From Phormidesmis sp. (GTDB lineage Bacteria; Cyanobacteriota; Cyanobacteriia; Leptolyngbyales; Leptolyngbyaceae): a DNA stretch of 64,000 bases. Under the pieces are notes generated by a model. That model ran no database searches. It was not told the DNA's origin and was given only the letters and a program-made list of their open reading frames with translations. Positions 61,055 to 64,000 of the stretch are shown here, one piece after another (position 1 is the first letter of the stretch; each line of letters starts with the position of its first letter). Position numbers and translations under genes: made by a program. The stretch is taken from contig CBDFJR010000002.1 in assembly GCA_965248535.1 (NCBI GenBank), forward strand, positions 1,888,001 to 1,952,000, written 5' to 3'.

Positions 61055-62080
61055 CTAAGGCACGATCGCCACTTTCACGACTTTGCGCTGCTTCATATCT
61101 TGAAACACCTGTTCTAAATTCTTTAACGGTTGGCGATCGCTGATCAGCAACTCAAAGGGAACGGTGTGACTCGCAATCAGGGCAAGCGCGGCTCTGACAA
61201 ACTCAGGCGTGTTGTGGAAGACCCCTTTGAGAGTCAGTTCATTGTAGTGGAGTTGTTCGGTGTTGACGGTAATTGTTGTATCGCGTGGGCAGCCGCCAAA
61301 TAAATTCACCGTGGCACCCGGACGGGCACAGGCGATCGCCGTCTCCCAAGCCGCCGGAACGCCCGTCGCCTCAATCACCACATCTGCGCCCCAGCCATCG
61401 GTCAAGTCTCGCACTAGATGAGGCAAATCGGTCACTTGCCGATAGTTAAAGGTTTTAGCCGCGCCGAATTTTTTGCCAATCTCCAATCGAGCCTCACTGC
61501 CGCCAAACAAAAACACCTCGGCAGATTGTTGAGCTAGAGCCGCCACAAACATGAGTCCGATCGCGCCATCGCCCAACAGCACCACCCGATCGCCCGGTTT
61601 GACGTTGGATCTAGCTACGCCATGCAGCACACAGGCTAGCGGCTCAGTCATCGCAGCTAGGTCATCTGACACGCCTGCGGGAATGGAGAGCAGATTATGG
61701 CGCACGATCGGGGCCGGAATTTTCAGATATTTAGCAAAGGTGCCGTTGTTGAAGGTCAGATCGGTGCAGAGCGAAAATTCTTGGCGATGGCAAAAAAAAC
61801 AGCTTAGGCAAGGAGCAGAATTGTTGGCAACGACACGATCGCCCACTTCCCAACCCGTCACGCCTGCGCCCAGTGCCACAATCTGTCCAGCAGCCTCGTG
61901 CCCAAACAACGTGGGAGGTTTGAGCATTTTGGCGTGTCCGCCTCGTCGCCAGACCTTTAGATCGGTTCCGCAGGTGGTGGCAGCCCCGACGGCCATGACG
62001 ACCTCTCCATCGGCAGGCGTAGGGTCAGGCACGGTTTCTAAACGCAGGTCTTCTTGACCATAAAGCAGGGCGGCTAACAC
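61055..62080 (-). CDS. Zinc-dependent alcohol dehydrogenase family protein
   Basis: CGTDLK, GHE, CLSCFFC..C, GDGAIG; GTG start. Confidence 0.92.
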   Translation of the reverse strand: MLAALLYGQEDLRLETVPDPTPADGEVVMAVGAATTCGTDLKVWRRGGHAKMLKPPTLFGHEAAGQIVALGAGVTGWEVGDRVVANNSAPCLSCFFCHRQEFSLCTDLTFNNGTFAKYLKIPAPIVRHNLLSIPAGVSDDLAAMTEPLACVLHGVARSNVKPGDRVVLLGDGAIGLMFVAALAQQSAEVFLFGGSEARLEIGKKFGAAKTFNYRQVTDLPHLVRDLTDGWGADVVIEATGVPAAWETAIACARPGATVNLFGGCPRDTTITVNTEQLHYNELTLKGVFHNTPEFVRAALALIASHTVPFELLISDRQPLKNLEQVFQDMKQRKVVKVAIVP

Positions 62081-62212
62081 AGCGATCGACTCTCTAATAA
62101 GATTGCTCCAAAATCTTACAGGGTTTTGCAGGATCAGCGATTGCGATCGTCAGCCGTCAAATTTGTAAACACAGCTTCTATGCTTAGAGGGAAGCGATTA
62201 ACAGGAGACTGC

Positions 62213-62392
62213 ATGTTTAATCTAGGCTGGACAGAGGTTGTGATTGTTTGCGTCGTCGCAATTCTGGTTTTTGGGCCCAAAAAAATTCCTGAACTCGGCA
62301 GCACGTTTGGCAAGACGCTGCGAAGCTTTAAAGAGGGCATCAGCAAACCCGAAGAAGAACCTGACAAGCCCGATCACGACTACGAGGGTTAG
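62213..62392 (+). CDS. tatA: Sec-independent translocase TatA
   Basis: MFNLGWTEV, FGPKKIPELG, GKTLRSFK; AGGAG RBS. Confidence 0.93.
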   Translation: MFNLGWTEVVIVCVVAILVFGPKKIPELGSTFGKTLRSFKEGISKPEEEPDKPDHDYEG

Positions 62393-62402
62393 CTCAATGA
62401 AA

Positions 62403-62453
62403 AGATTTCCGACTTCTTTCAAGAAGTCGGAAATCTAAAGAAGTCGGAGATCT
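62403..62453. repeat. Cyanobacterial palindromic repeat with a duplicated right arm
   Basis: AGATTTCCGACTTCTT-TC-AAGAAGTCGGAAATCT-A-AAGAAGTCGGAGATCT. Confidence 0.8.
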
Positions 62454-62475
62454 TTCGTTAGCTGTCTGCGATCGT

Positions 62476-64000
62476 TTAACTCGACACGATCGCTTTCTCG
62501 GTCACAGACGCAACCTGTCCGTTTGAGTAAACCGTCGGCTGACTCGTGGGAGCAACGACCTGCACGGGGTTGCGCGCCTCGATTAGCTGAATGGCGCGAT
62601 TGACACTCTCTGGCAAAATCACCACGAGACTGCCGGGAGTCGCCGTATCCAGCGCTTTTTGAATGGCCGCCACTTCGTCAAAAATGACTTCACACCGGGC
62701 ATCAGGCTTGGCTTGCTCAATGCCTTGATGAATCCACTTGGCTGCCTCGCCGCGATCGCGCCCTCTGGTATCGTCATCTTCTTTAATCACAATGCGATCG
62801 AAGATCTGGGCTGAGAGCGTGCCGAGAGAGATAAAATCTTCATCGCGGCGATCGCCCGGCCCCCCGATTACGCCAATGCGCTCTCCGGTCGTCCAGTTTT
62901 TGACAAAGCCGCCCAGAGCCTGATAGCTGTGAGGGTTGTGAGCGTAATCGATCAGCGCGTGAAAAGTGCCTAGATTGAACAGGTTCATGCGTCCGGGAGT
63001 TTGCTTGGTCGAGGCTTGAAAACTCACCAACGCCGCCCGAATATCTTCAATGCGAACGCCCTGAGCAAACGCCGCCAAACTTGCCGCTAACGCATTGGCA
63101 ATCATAAAGGGTGCCCGCCCGCCCAACGTTAAGGGCACATTCACCGCTTGCTCGATTCTCAGAGTCCAGTCGCCTTTGAGAATGGACAGATAGCCATTTT
63201 CATAGACGGCCGCGAGTCCGCCTCGCTGAGTGTGCGATCGCAGCAAAGCATTATCAGGATTCATAGAGAAATAGGCAATCTGTGCCGATGCTCGATTTGC
63301 CATCGCCGAAACGAGGGGATCATCGGCATTCAGCACCGCGTAGCCGTTGGGCATCGCAGATTCGGCCACCACGCTCTTAACCCGCGCCATGTCTTCAATG
63401 CTGTTGATGTCTCCTAGCCCCAAGTGGTCAGCAGCGACATTTAAGACTACTCCGACATCACAGGCGCTAAAGGCTAGCCCCGATCGTAGAATTCCACCGC
63501 GGGCGCTCTCTAAAATTGCGACTTCCACCGTTGGGTCTTGCAAAATCAGTTGAGCACTTTGCGGGCCAGTGTTATCACCTGGCTCGACTAAATAATCACC
63601 AATATAGGTGCCATCGGTCGTCGTGTAACCCACCACTTGCTGAGTTTGTCTGAAGATGTGGGCAATTAAGCGAGTTGTCGTCGTTTTGCCGTTGGTGCCC
63701 GTGACAGCCACGATCGGCACTCGACCGGGCGACCCCGGCGGAAACAGCATATTGATCACAGGCTCGGCCACATTGCGAGGAATGCCTTCACTGGGGCAGA
63801 TGTGCATCCGAAACCCAGGAGCCGCATTGACTTCAACGATCACTCCATCTACGTCACGCAGAGGCTTTGAGATATCAGACGTGACGATATCAATTCCGGC
63901 AATGTCTAGCCCGATGATCTTGACCACTCGCTGTGCTAGCCAAATGGTTTCGGGGTGAATATCATCGGTGCGATCGACCGCAATGCCGCCCGTGCTGAGA
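62476..64000 (-). CDS. cphA: Cyanophycin synthetase, C-terminal part (continues past window end)
   Basis: EVNAAPGFRMH, VTGTNGKTTT, ESARGGILR, DYAHN, GPGDRRDED. Confidence 0.96.
   Translation of the reverse strand, partial: LSTGGIAVDRTDDIHPETIWLAQRVVKIIGLDIAGIDIVTSDISKPLRDVDGVIVEVNAAPGFRMHICPSEGIPRNVAEPVINMLFPPGSPGRVPIVAVTGTNGKTTTTRLIAHIFRQTQQVVGYTTTDGTYIGDYLVEPGDNTGPQSAQLILQDPTVEVAILESARGGILRSGLAFSACDVGVVLNVAADHLGLGDINSIEDMARVKSVVAESAMPNGYAVLNADDPLVSAMANRASAQIAYFSMNPDNALLRSHTQRGGLAAVYENGYLSILKGDWTLRIEQAVNVPLTLGGRAPFMIANALAASLAAFAQGVRIEDIRAALVSFQASTKQTPGRMNLFNLGTFHALIDYAHNPHSYQALGGFVKNWTTGERIGVIGGPGDRRDEDFISLGTLSAQIFDRIVIKEDDDTRGRDRGEAAKWIHQGIEQAKPDARCEVIFDEVAAIQKALDTATPGSLVVILPESVNRAIQLIEARNPVQVVAPTSQPTVYSNGQVASVTEKAIVSS

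Overview
This window is cyanobacterial chromosome: it has dense HIP1 octamers (GCGATCGC) and carries ndhB, crtR, an hli gene, cphA, ccsB/ccdA and 6S RNA next to purK. Most of it is housekeeping (metG partial, manC, pgm, pyk, fbaB, aspC, M16 proteases, purK, topA, ald, sppA, aroH, ftsE, proB, sbcC, glnB, queF, ftsW, tatA, cphA partial). There are three accessory components. (1) A tnpB-only IS200/IS605 element (13883-15210) is inserted directly against the start codon of a VOC gene; its target TCAT reads ATGA on the other strand and its left end supplies a GGAGG ribosome-binding site. (2) A 461-bp ORF-less IS200/IS605 derivative (17701-18161) sits right after the aspC stop codon and keeps its ends, promoter and an omegaRNA-like scaffold. 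(3) A ~7.5-kb toxin-antitoxin/defence island (~42.4-49.9 kb) holds two Uma2 genes, RelE-type, VapBC and BrnTA pairs (brnT split by an IS5), a MazF fragment and a methyltransferase-Mrr fusion. Several of its modules are separated by short arrays of HIP1 sites at 22-28 bp spacing, including a 34-bp hairpin direct repeat with a compensatory base change that brackets vapBC. Several frameshifts look like sequencing or consensus indels. All calls come from reading the sequence and recalled family motifs; no searches were run.
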